A DNA stretch of 64,000 nucleotides, taken from Chrysomallon squamiferum. Taxonomy: Eukaryota; Animalia; Mollusca. The position numbers and the translations under genes were made by a program. Every line of letters starts with the position of its first letter. The first letter of the stretch is position 1. Under the pieces are notes generated by a model. That model saw only the letters and a program-made list of their open reading frames with translations, was not told the origin of the DNA and did not search any database. The stretch spans positions 7,688,001-7,752,000 of the forward strand of contig CM022676.1 of the NCBI GenBank assembly GCA_012295275.1, in the 5' to 3' direction. Positions 1 to 27,147 of this stretch are shown here, one piece after another.

Positions 1-300
1 TAGTCAGAATCCCATTTGTCAGACACCAATTTGTCAGACAGTCTGTGAGACAGTGTAGTTAGTTTGATTTGCTGGCCTCACTATTGCTATAATGGGATAA
101 CCCAATGAGCTTGGTATTAAATACTTTCATTGTTTAACTGATGGAATAGCCCAATGAGCTTGGTATTAATCGTAAATTATTAAATTTTGCGTTATGTTAT
201 GCGGACTTATAGTTCTGTTATTTCTGTTGGGCCGTGCCCATTATTTACATGGGTAATGGGCTAGAGATTGTCTGGGTGTCTGACAAATGGGGTGGAACCC
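1..300. mobile_element. Right end of a non-autonomous TIR/MITE-like insertion interrupting an Ig exon
   Basis: cccatttgtcagacacc (11-27) is the exact reverse complement of 275-291, and atttgtcagaca is repeated subterminally. Homology to the intact paralogue exon (55665-55928) stops abruptly at 301. The left end may lie outside the window. Confidence 0.6.
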
Positions 301-1492
301 TCGCGAAACAAGAACATTGAAATCCACGAAGGAAAATGTTGGCAGATCTGTGTAACGAAATAGAACAAAAATAAATTCGTTAGCAAGTAATTCAAGTGGT
401 TTTAGACACAACATTAAATGTACACAGTCGTTAAACTATGTGAAAAAGAAAATTGTGAAAACGTTGATGTGAAAAAAATATATATATAAAATAAAAATAA
501 AAATAAATAAATAAATAAATATTTGAAGACCAAAGATAAAGTTTCACAGGAAACAAATAAAATAGTTATCTGAAAGATTTCAAAATGAATCATCAGAGAC
601 ACACACACACATACGCACGCGCACACATACACACACAAGCACACACAGATAAATACACATACATACATATAGATTTACACATAAATACATACAAATACAC
701 AATTTTACACGTTCTTGATTATGAACCAAAATATAATAAATACTAGTACTAGTGTTAATGAGAGTTATACCAGTAGTTGCTGATTTTGCTTTAGTGGCAG
801 TAGTAATAGCAATAGCAGTAGTAGTATTAACAGTTGTAGTTGTAGTAATATAACTAGTAATAGTAGCAGTAGTAATAACAGTAGCAGTAGCAGTAATAGA
901 ATTAGAGGTAGTAGTAGTAGTAGTAGTAGTAGTAGCAATAAAAACAAAAACAATTAAGTTTGAAAATGTGAATAAACTCCATAATAGAATTTATATATTC
1001 CCAATGATTATTTCCTTTGCTTAGTGAATCTAACCTTTATTAATTTTAACGTATAAAATCAATACAGTAAGATCGAATATTGTGCGCCGTTTCAAAAAAT
1101 AAAGTTATGACATAGTAAAAATAGGGCACCATCTGGACGATATACACACTAATTATATAATTATAATTCGTTACTTATTCTAAATAGACAAATCAAATTA
1201 TCCAAAATGCAGTGAGAAACAAAACAACTCACAGACTACATTTATATATAAATTCGTGCTGGATGTTTCTCCCGTGTCTGCGTTTCTAGCGACGCACGTG
1301 TAGACGCCATGTTGTGATCTGTTAACATTAGCCAATGACAAGACGCGTTTGGTGCTAGACGTCACGCCATTGAACATCCACCTGTAGCGGGCGTGACAAA
1401 CCAAGAGGCTGCGCATGACACTGCGACGTCACTTCCTTCTTCCACTGTGATTTCTGAAGTGGTGTTGAGATGTACTGAACTGCCTGGGCCAT
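301..1492 (-). pseudogene. Broken copy (E') of the 3-Ig short-tail receptor gene E
   Basis: Ig exon 1492-1233 is 260 nt versus 261 nt in E (1-nt deletion near 1391, frameshift). The next Ig exon begins at 347 (DLPTFSFVDFNVLVSR) and is cut at 301 by an insertion. 300-2700 is homologous to ~55880-57950. No V exon or leader is seen upstream. Confidence 0.8.
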
Positions 1493-1763
1493 CTTGCAAT
1501 GGAAAACAATTGTTTTGAAATATATATATATATATATCTGTTTATATATCTGTCTGTACATATGTGCATGCATAATATATAATGTTAATATAACAGAATA
1601 TAATATAATAAACACAATACGATATTAAGATAGCATGGTTCTTAAATAGGCAGAAAGACAGGCAGGCAGGCAGAATAAAAAACAAACTTAAACTGTTACA
1701 TATAGGAAATTAGATAGAAATATACATATACATATACATATATATATATAGATATAGATATAG

Positions 1764-1795
<32 letters not shown>

Positions 1796-3448
1796 GATGA
1801 TAGACTGACAGACCAACGCATACATAAACAGTAAGTAGGTAGGTAAATAGACAGATAGATAGATAGACAAACTGATTGACTGACTGATTGATCGAGCGAT
1901 TGATTGGTGTATTGTTTGGAAGACAAACAGATAAACAGACAGAGGTAAATATTATATCAACATTTAAACCACAAGATCTCCAGTTTTTAGAAATTAAACT
2001 AAATAAACTTTTAGCGAAATTACATTCAGTCAGGGTTGAGATTTGAGTCTCCTTCCTCTACCCGGTGTTATATTAAAGTAGGTACCCAGTCAAAGCTGGA
2101 CCTACATTTCTGTGGCCCTGAAGCTTGAACATGCATTACAAATTTAACCAGAGTATTTCAGATTATGATTAGAATACAAACTGCATGAATAAAAAATAGT
2201 ACACGGACGATAGCTAGTGAAGAAAAAATAGTTTCAATCAGAAGAGTCAGTGGGTAGCCGCCACTTCGTTCTGCTTCTAAAACGTGTGTCACAAACCTCT
2301 TTCACACTTTTTACATTCGCGAGGTTAACTCTACGAGTTTTCTTTCTGCACACAAACTTGACAGCGCACACACACAGTCTTTGTTTCCTTTCTTTGTCCA
2401 GTGTTTCGCCTCTGACAGCTGGATTCTTTTCCTCTTTTTATTATTTAATTTGTTTAATTTTTATTGGTTAGTTTATTTAACATTCACACTGATTTTTTTT
2501 CTTAAATATAAAAACACAATTTTATTATCATTAGTTAGTTTGATCAACATTCATACTGAATTGTTTCTTAATTATAGTAACAAAATCTGTACTAATTGTT
2601 TAATTTTAAGTAGGCAAATATTTTTTAAGTTACTTATAAAACTGTTTAGGTGTAACAATATATCTTTTCCTCAATTCATTATTTTTAAAATTTGTTTAAT
2701 TATAATAACATCCTTAAGACAGACAAAAAGAGACAAAGAAAGAGACTGTGATATATATACAAATGATTGAATATATGCGTATCTGTGTGTCTATGTAATT
2801 CTATTATATTATGAACAAAGGTGCGTACGAATGTCCTTGTAAAAGTATGTATGTCACGCTTTTCGCTTTTTGGGGGATGTCTGTCTGTACGTACGTATGT
2901 ATCTGTGTATATGTATATGTATGTATATGTGTGCATCTATATGCACACATACGTTATTACATATATAATTATATATTTACAGATATCTAGACAGTGAGTT
3001 GGTGGACGGATGGATGGATGGGTGGATCGATACACTGGTGTAAAGAATGAAAAAAGAAATCAGACATGATTATTAATTAACAGCTATATATAAAATGAAT
3101 TACAGTGTATCATTATAATTCTAATGTTGTAATTTAACACTTATTAATTAACAGTTAGACATAAAATGAGTTATAATGGACATAGTGTATCATTAGAAAT
3201 CAAATATCAAATTTAACATTAACAGTAGCAAACATATAAAAGGCAACCATTTTGAACGTTTGTCAAGTTTTATTTCTTACGTTATAACGTGACTAATCAG
3301 GTTTAATCTGGTATGGTGTAACTCTACTCTCTGTTCAAAACCGCCAGTGGATGGAAGAAGACGCACAAAACATGTAACCCCAAACACCTAATGTTCTTTC
3401 TGCCAAGTCACTGTATTGTTTCTATTGTGTTCGGTTTATACGGGAATG

Positions 3449-3509
<61 letters not shown>

Positions 3510-3588
3510 CTGTACGTAACATACAAGTCCGTATGTGTATACAACTATAACATATTTATATAAATTATTACAATAAGATACAGGGTTC

Positions 3589-3638
<50 letters not shown>

Positions 3639-4428
3639 TTATTATTATTATTACTATAAGTGAAACAAACAACACTGATTTAATATTTACAGTTAATTAG
3701 AAAACAATCATGTCTTAATTTTTTCTTTCACTCTCAGATTTGTTTTATGTTGGAGTAGTCTTAATCATTCATTCATTCATCTCTTTTTTTTTCTCAGTAT
3801 GTTGTTCTGTGAATGAACACATTCTTCCATCCGTCAGTCTATCCTCGAAATGCATGCGCACTTCCATAGATTTAATATACATGCGCACTTACATAGTTTT
3901 AATATACTAGCACACTTCATAAAAATAACTACCTCTGCCGCCATATTGTTTTTCTTAATTGCTAACATTTGTAGACCTAGCAGCAAATATTTCTATTTTT
4001 AAACCTTACGTGAAAACATTTCGTGAACATTCGAAAACAAACAAGGAAGGAAAACCGGGGTTCAAGTGACGTAGTTGTGCACGTTGACCTTTACTGCTGA
4101 CACACATTTCTATATTTAGATACTTGGGCTCCAATAGGCCAGTCCGTTCTACTCTTCATTTAAGATTATATTATTTTACAGTGAAATAGATTATTTAACA
4201 ATGAATTATCTTACACAACATCATATCGTGTCATATTTTATCATATCATATTATATTGCATGACATTACTTTAAATTATATTAAGAATAAAACAAGTGTT
4301 TTACTTGTTAAACACGAAATAAACGTGGAAACATAGCTAAAGAAACCAAAACAAGGAAGAATTTAAAACGAAACTAGCTAAGAAACTATATTTGTTTATT
4401 AACGGCAGCGAAAACTAGAATACTGGAA

Positions 4429-16718
<12,290 letters not shown>

Positions 16719-17708
16719 TCTTCTCTAGAGGATATAGGATATGAAGTCCCATATGACATCTTATAAAGTTTGATATTAAATGATGTAATATGAGTGAATT
16801 ATAAAGAAGAAAACAAGTTTATTTGTTAATCATAAACTTCGTAAGACATTTTCATGAACAATTAACGGAGGTCAAATTGTTAAATGATTTTATTAAAATA
16901 TTTAGTTTCTACAGTTACACCAGATTTGAACTGTGTAAATAGCTACCTGTGTGAAATGTTATGAAGTTATAAAACATTTTAATGAGTTTCTAATCGCGAA
17001 TTTCTACCATTCATTAACATTGTGTGAACTGTGACTGTAACAATGTTGAAATCATGGGACATATTAAATTTGTCACGAAATATTAACGTATTTACAAAGA
17101 AATACACATATGATTAATCTCAATAATACATTCATACATACATACATACATACATACATACATACATACATACATACATACATACATACATACATACATG
17201 ATACATACATACATATCTGCAAACCTAGAAATGCATATACCTATACGGTAAAATACCTTCATACCTACGTACGTAAATACCACACTTATACAAAACAAAA
17301 CAAGAAAAAAACTTATATTAGCTATAAAAAATACAATGCTGTATGTCATGTCTCTGAGCTGTATTTAGATTGCTGGATGCAGTCGACTGCATCTAGTGTA
17401 TTGAAAAATATACTGAACTACCCAGATAATATTTTGCAAATAATAAATAAATAAACAAAAATACAAACAAACAAACAAACAAATAAATAAACAAATAAAT
17501 AAATAAATTATAAAATGGGTTGTCATTTTACTTGTGAAACATGAAGTAAACCAAACAAGATAGCAAAAAAAAACAAAGAAAAAAAGAAGGTGTTGAAAAT
17601 TATATTTATATCAAGAGCAGTGGTAATAACAAAGTAGTGAAGTGAAGAAAAGATAATAAAGTAAAAAATATATTTTTGTTAAGGGCAGTAAGAATCAAAA
17701 TCCTGGAA

Positions 17709-18459
17709 ATGAATTGTAAGTTATTCTGTGTGTTCATGTTACTGGGATGTGTACTGTACGTACAAGGTATGTATTTTATATTCAGATTTTTTTATCTGAA
17801 ATCTGAGTTAATCGCGTTTCATTTACAAACTGAATCCTTGCGTATCTATCTGATGTGATCTTTTGAAACATATCTGTATTAAAACATAAGAGAAAAATAC
17901 AAACTCAACTAACCTAACCTAACATAACGTAACATAACATAACATAACATAACACAGAAATAAATAAAACAGTCCATAACACAGAGTAACGTAATGCAAT
18001 GTAAAATAATGTAATACACGGTAAAATTATGTAATAAAAGTATAATAAAAATTGATTTATTTTAAATTTGTTGTTGTTGTTGTTGTTGTTTTTCTATTTT
18101 AGTCATTCAGAAAAAGCGGCGAGTCCACCCCGATTTCACATTTAAATCATATACAAAAAAAGAGAGAGAAAAAAAAGAATATAAAATACATACCTTGTAC
18201 GTAGAATACAAATCCCAGTAAAACGAAAACACAGAATAACCTCAGTGAACATGGAGCAGTCTGGAGATGTGATGATGATGGATGACGCAGCAATCAAATA
18301 AAACTTGAAGTGAGAGGTAAAATTAACTTATTTATTATTAATATTATTATTGTACGTGTTAGATGGAAACAAAATAAAACAAAACAAAAATCATCAATTT
18401 CGGTTTGAGGCATTTGCCTCATTTGCCTGAATGTAGTTACGGTCATGCTATATATACGT

Positions 18460-18537
<78 letters not shown>

Positions 18538-19571
18538 TGTGTGTGTTTGTGTACGTATATATGTGTCCGCATGAGTACATTTCCACACAGTACAACCATA
18601 CGTTGTTACATAGATAATTATAAATTTACAAACACCTAGGCAGTGAGTTGGATGGACTGATGGATGGATAGAGTGATGAAAAGAATGAAAGAAACATATG
18701 AACACAGGCAGAATACTGTCTATGTGCAAAGTTTAACCAGACGTACATAAGAAAGAGAATATTCCGATCCTAAAATATAGATTTGCCAGTAACACGCTTC
18801 TCCAAAGAAAAAGAAAAAGAAAAAAAAAAAAAAAAAATTAAATTAAAACAAATAATAATAGACCAACGCAAAAATTACAAAAGACAAAGAACGGTGTGCT
18901 TCTTGGGAAGAGAAGATTACACCCGATTACTGAGAAAACTTTTGACACACCAACAAATTAGATCAGCACAAAATTAAAAAAGACAAAGAACGGCGTGATT
19001 CGTGGGAGAATATTTAAATCTCAAAATACGTATCTGCCAGTGCAAAGACTGACACATAACAATAGCTGCACGCAAACACTACAAAAGACGAAGAACGGCG
19101 AGCTTCGTGAGAAGCGATGATTAACCCCGATTATGAGCGACCTTTTTTCTTACGTAGTCTGATTAGTTCTACACGTAGACAATATTCTGTAAGGTAGTAC
19201 GCATTCGGGGAGCGTGTGAAGCGATGATTACCTCGGTCTAAAATAGTGTTTGTCACGTGTTAATTAGCAGACCGTTACCTCATTATTTACGTCGATTGTA
19301 ACATGTCCAAAGATTTGTGAATCAGTGATTTTATGATTGGTTCTTGGGTGTCTTCTTGTCGTGTGTGTATGTACGAATAAATGATACTATTTATTTTACT
19401 AGCAAACTGCTGAAGTCAGTCGAGTGGATCTAATATATTATAGATGTTATTTTACAAAGAACGGGTATTTTTCTTGTGAAACAGAAAGTAAATTTGTTAA
19501 CATAGTAACATAACGTTAAAAAACAGAAAATTTAAAGAAAAAGAATTTAAAAAATAAAATAAAATAAAAAA

Positions 19572-19602
<31 letters not shown>

Positions 19603-19990
19603 ACTAAATTTTTATTAACTGCAGTGAAAACTATAATACTGGAAATGAGTTGTAAGTTATTCTGTGTGTTCGTGTTACTGGGATGTGTACCGTACGTACA
19701 AGGTATGTGTTTTATATTCAGATTATTTATATCTATCTGAGTTAATCTCGTTTTCATTTACAAACTGAATCCTTGGGTAACTATCTGATGTGATCTTTTG
19801 AAACATATCTGTATTAAAACATGAGAGAAAAATACAAACTAAACTAAACTAAACTAAACTAACATAACATAACATAACATAACATAACATAACATAATAA
19901 CATAACATAACATAACATAAAAAGATAACATAAAATAATAATAATAAATAATAATAAAAATAATAATAAAATAATAATAATAATCCAAAA

Positions 19991-20036
<46 letters not shown>

Positions 20037-22170
20037 TATAATAATAATAAAACTAAAACTGCAAACAAACAAACAAACAAAAATAAATAAATAAATTATA
20101 AAATGGATTGTTATTTTAGTTTTTTACTTGTGAAACATGAAGTAAAACCACACAAGTTAGCAAAAATAAAACAAAGAAAAAAAATGGTGTTGAAAATTAT
20201 ATTTATATCAACAGCAGTGGTAATAAGAAAGTAGTGAAGAAAAGAAAATAAAGTAAAAATTATAGTTTTGTTAAGGCCAGTAAAAAATTCAAATACTGGA
20301 AATGATTTCTAACTTATTCTGTGTATTCGTGTTACTGGGATGTGTATTGTACGTACAAGATATACATTTTATATTCAGATTATTTATCTCTATCTGAATT
20401 AATGTAATTTTGAAATCTGGTTGAGTCGACGTTGTGTGTGGACGATGGTTATGGATAAATAGTTCTAATTTCTTTAACTGATTTATTATCTGTGTGTAAA
20501 TAGAAGTTGACATTGTACCCATTAATACCGTGAATTCATGATTACCATGAGAACGCAGTAGACATTAATATAGTGATTTCATGATTCCGTCGATAATGCA
20601 GAACACATTATTACAGTGATTTCATGATTACGTTGATAATGCAGAACACATTATTACAGTGATTTCATGATTACGTTGATAATGCAGAACACATTATTAC
20701 AGTGATTTCATGATTACGTTGATAATGCAGAACACATTATTACAGTGATTTCATGATTACGTTGATAATGCAGAACACATTATTACAGTGATTTTTCATG
20801 ATTACGTTGATAATGCAGAACACATTATTACAGTGATTTCATGATTACGTTGATAATGCAGAACACATTAAGACAGTGAATTTATGTTTACATTGATGGG
20901 ATCACTTAAAAAGTCAAATTATGATTTAAGAACACTAATTTTACTACTGGCAATTAATTTTTGTATTATTTTCCTAATCAGCTTAAATGTTGGCTTTGTC
21001 TATATATTTTTTCTATACACTAAACATCAGAAGTTTCTTATTTTGACGCAAAACGTTTTATATATTAAACGGGAATGAAAACGAATTATGTTAATATAAA
21101 GTAATGTAATACAATATCATATAATATGATAAAATATGATATTATATGACGTAATGTAGTGTAATATAATTCAGTGTTAAGTAGTCTATTTCACTGTAAA
21201 ATAATATAATGTTACATAAAGAGTAGAATGCAGTTCATTATAATTAGTATACATTTATAAAAAGTGAATATAATGTATTACTAATATATAATACATATAG
21301 AAGAAAATGATAATATTTATTTTTTTTTATATATATATATATTTATATATATATATATATTTAGTAATTTTCTTTTTTATTTACTATATTAAACTAAACA
21401 ATATTAAATTTCAGTATTTCTTTCAGTATTATTCTGTATTACATCAAATTTAACTGTGGTATAATCTGCTACACAATCTATACTATACTATACTATGCTA
21501 TACTATACTATACTATGCTATGCTATGCTATGCTATGCTAAACTGAGCTGCACTATACTACACTATACTTTGATATTCTGTTTTATACTATACTGTACTC
21601 TATTATACTATAATCAATATAGTGAACTATACCTACCTAATTACATATATACGTACATACAACATACACACATAAAGCTAATATACATACGTACATACTT
21701 AGCTACTTATATATATATCTATATACATGCATAAATACAAACATACCTAGAAAGGAAAATACCTTCATAAGTACAAAAACACAAACGTAGTGAAAGTAAT
21801 TGAATAAATATAAAACTATATTTTTATTAGCGGCAGTGAAACTGTAAGTTGTAAGTTATTTTGTGTGTTCGTGTCACTGGGATGTGTATTGTATATACAA
21901 GGTATGTATTTTATATTCAGATTATTTATCTGTAACTGAATTAATGTATCTGATGACTAATGAAAAATGAAATTTATAACTGTGTCTCTTGAAATATATC
22001 TGTTAAAATATGAAAAAATAACAGAACATAACATAATACAACAAACATAGCATGATATAGCAATATAACATAACATAGCGGAATATCAAAGTCCATAACA
22101 CATCGTACTGTAACGTAATGTAGCACAATATAATAAAGTCTAAAATTATGTAATAAACCATAACAAAACG

Positions 22171-22222
<52 letters not shown>

Positions 22223-22341
22223 GATATAATAATAAAAACATAAAATATATTAAAAAATTTATTTAATTTTAAAAATGTTTCATTATTTAATTTATTATTT
22301 TAAATTATTTTATTATTTTTATTGTTATTATTATTTTATTA

Positions 22342-22412
<71 letters not shown>

Positions 22413-23328
22413 TTAAATTTAAGGTCAGCATTATACATTAACAAAATCAGGAAGATTTGCAGTTGTTGGATCATCTTTTACTTTTACCTGTCTTAGAGGA
22501 GATCCTTCTCCTCTAATTACCTGGTTTGTGAACAACACAGAATACAGGATGGAAGTACAGGGAAAATACGGTCCATGTGTTTTTCGTGGTGAACATCCAA
22601 AAGAATACACGTTTTTATGTTCAGATCATATAAACGTCGTCGTAATAAAATCTGTCAAACTCAGTCAACATGGAACTGTGTGGAGATATGGAGATGATGG
22701 AGGACACAGCAATGAAGTAAAACTGGAAGTGAGAGGTAAAATTAACTTATTTATTATTAATATTATTGTTAATGTTGTTTAAAAAAAAAAAAAAAAAAAA
22801 AAAAAGCTAAATAAAACTGAAAAGTGAGACATAAAATATTTACTGTTAATGATAACCAAGCGAAAAACTGAATAAATCAAGACAATTCTGGAAGTCAGAT
22901 GTATTATCAGTTTTATGTTTATAATTATCTTTCCACGAAATATGTACTTTTAATGATTTTTAAACAATGCATCTCAGTAAAAAACAAAACAATACTGTAA
23001 CTCAATTGTTTTATCAGATTTACCTTTATAATCATCATTTTAGGAAATATGTACTGTAACTGATAACTAAACAATACATCTCAATAAAAGAAAATAATAC
23101 GTGAAATCAGAGGTCAAAAACCTTTATTTTTTATAGATTATAATTACAGTTCATAAGAATTATTAATGTATTTTAACATTTAAGCAAGTTTATAATCTTA
23201 CATGAAAGAATGTCAAGCATAATTATACGATTAAACAGATACGTACGTATACACGAACTAACGTACATAAGATATATTTTAAAAATTAATTTAGTAGTAG
23301 TAGTAGTATCACCATCATCATCATGTTC

Positions 23329-23374
<46 letters not shown>

Positions 23375-23533
23375 GAAGAAGAAGAAGAAGAAGGACGACA
23401 ACAACAACGGTGTCAACAGCTATAACAATAATAATGATGACGATGATGATGAGAATCATGTTGATAATAACCAAAACAAACAAATATCTTTGATGTATTT
23501 AACTCTTTAACTTTTATTTTTATTAATTTTATT

Positions 23534-23574
<41 letters not shown>

Positions 23575-23776
23575 TTATATATAGAAATAGAGAAAGAGTC
23601 AGACAGATATACACATATATGTGTGTTTGTTTTTGTGTAAGTTTTAATTGTGTGTGTGTATGTGTGTTTACATACGTGTTTATATGTATGAATAAATTTG
23701 TGAATGTATGTAAAGAATCATGTTGATAATTACAAAAACACACAAATATCATTGACTTTTATTTTTATTATTTTTT

Positions 23777-23809
<33 letters not shown>

Positions 23810-25282
23810 CACTTATTTTAATTTATTTACTTTTTTTTTTTTTTTTTTTTTATATTATTTTTACAGACGGTCCCGGTAGCTCACTTCGAGTCAATTCTTC
23901 ATCTAACATCACAGTAGAGGAAGGAAGTGACGTCACAATATCATGCAAAGCCGATTGCTTTATCAGCTGCCTTTACAGATGGGAACTGACCAATCAGATT
24001 GTCAGTAACAACGGACTACTAGCACTGACTAATATCACGAGATTTCAAGGTGGCATCTACACATGCACTGCTGTTAATCCGGATACGAAACAAACAGCAC
24101 ATAAACAAATTAGCATTAATGTTAAGTGTAAGTTTTAATTCATTTTGAATACAGATCATATACGCTTTATACATAACGATCTAAATAGCAAGACAGACTG
24201 ATATATAAACAGATAGAAATAGACAGATGTACATATTTAGAGAGAAATAGTTAGACAGATATACACATATATGTGTGTTTGTGTTTGTGTGTGTGTCTGT
24301 GTGTGTTTACATACGTGTTTATATGTATGAATAAATTTGTGAATGTATGTAAATGTTTAGGAATGTGATATTGTTTTTCTGTGTGTCTGTCTCTACGTAC
24401 GACTGTATGTATGTATATGTATCTAAGTATGTGTATACCTATGCATACATATGCACACATACGTTCTTACATACATAATTATATATTGACAGATATAGGC
24501 AGTGAGTTTGTGGATGGATGGATGGATGGATGTATGGCTAAAGTGATATAAAAAATGAAGGAAAAACCAATCAGACAAGGACAGAGTAACAGATAACTAT
24601 AGAATTATAGAAAAGAAAAGAGAGGTGTTTAAAATCAGAATGATTGATGTAGAAAAATCGATGTAGAAAGTGTAAAATAAATAAAGACACTCAAACAATA
24701 ATTAACTGAAAGATACCTTAACAATAGCAAATACAAATTACCTGCAAACTGAAGATATATAAATAATATATTAATTTGATCCCACACTTTTATTTTCATT
24801 AATTACATTTCAGCCGCAGCAGAATTCAGCAGTCTGTTTCGAGTAGTATTTATCAGCGGTTTTGGAACCTGCTTCGTTCTGTTTGTTATCGCTATCACTG
24901 TCGTTGTTGTCTTTTCCTGGCGCAAAAGAAGTATTTGTTTATTTCTTTCTTTCTTTTATTATTTTATTTATTTTCTTTATTACATTTTATGTTCTTTCTT
25001 AATTTATTCATTCATCCATTTGTTCGTTCATTCATATTTTCACTTATATATTTGTTTCCTTATTAGTATGTATATTTCTTTATTTCTTTGTTTCTTCGTT
25101 TATTTATTATTTTATGTATTTTAGTTACACTTAACTCCAGAGTAAAGAGGGGATAAATCAAGTCTAATTTACACAATTATCTCAAACAGTTATCAAACCT
25201 GTTCTCGTGACCACCTCTGTACTCCAGCCACCTGATAATCTCATGGCTGACGTAAAAAAAATGTTGATGTTATTGTTGCTAT

Positions 25283-25381
<99 letters not shown>

Positions 25382-25894
25382 TGTTGTTGTTGTTGTTGTT
25401 GTTTTTGTAGAAAAAAAAGCCAATTTCGAACCAAGAAAGGTAAATTAATTTATATATTTTTATTACTTTTCTTTCTATCTGTAAAATATATTTATGTATT
25501 TATACACGTAGGCACTTCTCTCTGTCTGTCTCAATGTGTCTATGTATCTATGTTTTTTGTGCGTGTATGTATGTATGTCTGTGTGCTTATATACGTCTGT
25601 AATAGGTATATATGTAACATGCACATATGTATGTATGTATATATTTATGTATGTGTGTATGTCTCCATGTATATGTGTTTGTATAGTATGTATAAAAGTA
25701 TGTGTGTTTGCTTTCCTTTGTTCGTACTTGGATTATTACATCAGTGTATATGTAATATATATTATTCACTTTTGAACAAAAATTACTTCTTGTGCGTGTG
25801 TTAAGTTTCAGAATCAGCACAAATCAACATGCTTCCTACAGTGTTGTTCCGGATTCTGGTAAGTTCGCACACACACTCACACGTACACACACTT

Positions 25895-25959
<65 letters not shown>

Positions 25960-27050
25960 AACAAAACACACATTTACATGAACACAAACACAAACACACA
26001 CATACACACTTACATACATATATACACAGATATATATAGCGATGATTACCATCGGTTATTGAGAAACCTTTTTAAGGTTGTCTTCATGGCCGAACTGTAG
26101 TATCTTACACCTTCGGAATACGGGCAAATGGATGCCATACCTCCTAGTCTCGTCAGTGGCTTCTGACGGGTTTGTCAGGTCGTGGTTGGACTTTTTCTTC
26201 GTGTGCCAGGGCGTTCCCGAATATTGTCTATCTGCAGAGTCTAAACAGAAGTATATAAGACAGAGAATATTCAAATCCTAAAATACACAACCATACATAA
26301 ATACATACATAAATGCATGCAAACATACATACATACATATATACATACATATATACATACATTCATAGACATATATATATATATACATATATATATATAT
26401 GCATATATTCACATACATACCATATACATAAACACACTTACATGTTTGCATAGATAGATATGCATAGAGCGAGAGATAACGTATATTTAAAAATATACAC
26501 TTAAACATACTTTTTAAATTACATAATATACATGTGTGTATATATTTGTATTTATGTAGATATGCATGTGTGTACACACACACGCACACACACATATACA
26601 AATTAATGCACATAACATTATTATGTAAACGATAATTTTCATTCATTGTTTCAGATAATCAGACTGTGCCAGCAGCTGTACATGAAGATACAGAGAATTC
26701 ATATTCTTCTTCAGAGGGAAGACAAACTGACGACCCAGATGATATCATATCACCTGATAGTAAGTAAACTGATGTTAATGAATGGTAAAGAAGAAAACAA
26801 TGATTGTTTCCTAATGACACGCTACGTAAGACACTTTGAAAAAAAATTAAACAAGGTTAATAAAAACTTAGGCTAAATTCAGTATAGAACAAACTAAACT
26901 GAATATCAAATCCGAACTAACCTGGACTGTGATTCCAAAAATGTTTTATATTTCCTAATATGCAAATTATTTAAAACAATAATAATAATAATAAGAAGAA
27001 GAAGAAGAAGAAGAATAGTAATAATAATAATAATAAATTATAAACAAAAT

Positions 27051-27147
<97 letters not shown>

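Noticed and set aside
18194-18316. Possible V(D)J-like somatic rearrangement substrate
   Set aside because: No RSS-like signals or J-like segments; the V domains are complete single exons, and the scar is duplicated in the assembled sequence.
20518-20897. 43 bp repeat array resembling a CRISPR array
   Set aside because: The units are contiguous with no unique spacers, the context is eukaryotic and there are no cas genes; it is a minisatellite.
26056-26281. ORFs on both strands in the GC-richer intronic element
   Set aside because: Indels between the A, B and D copies break the frames; no recognisable transposase or RT motif.
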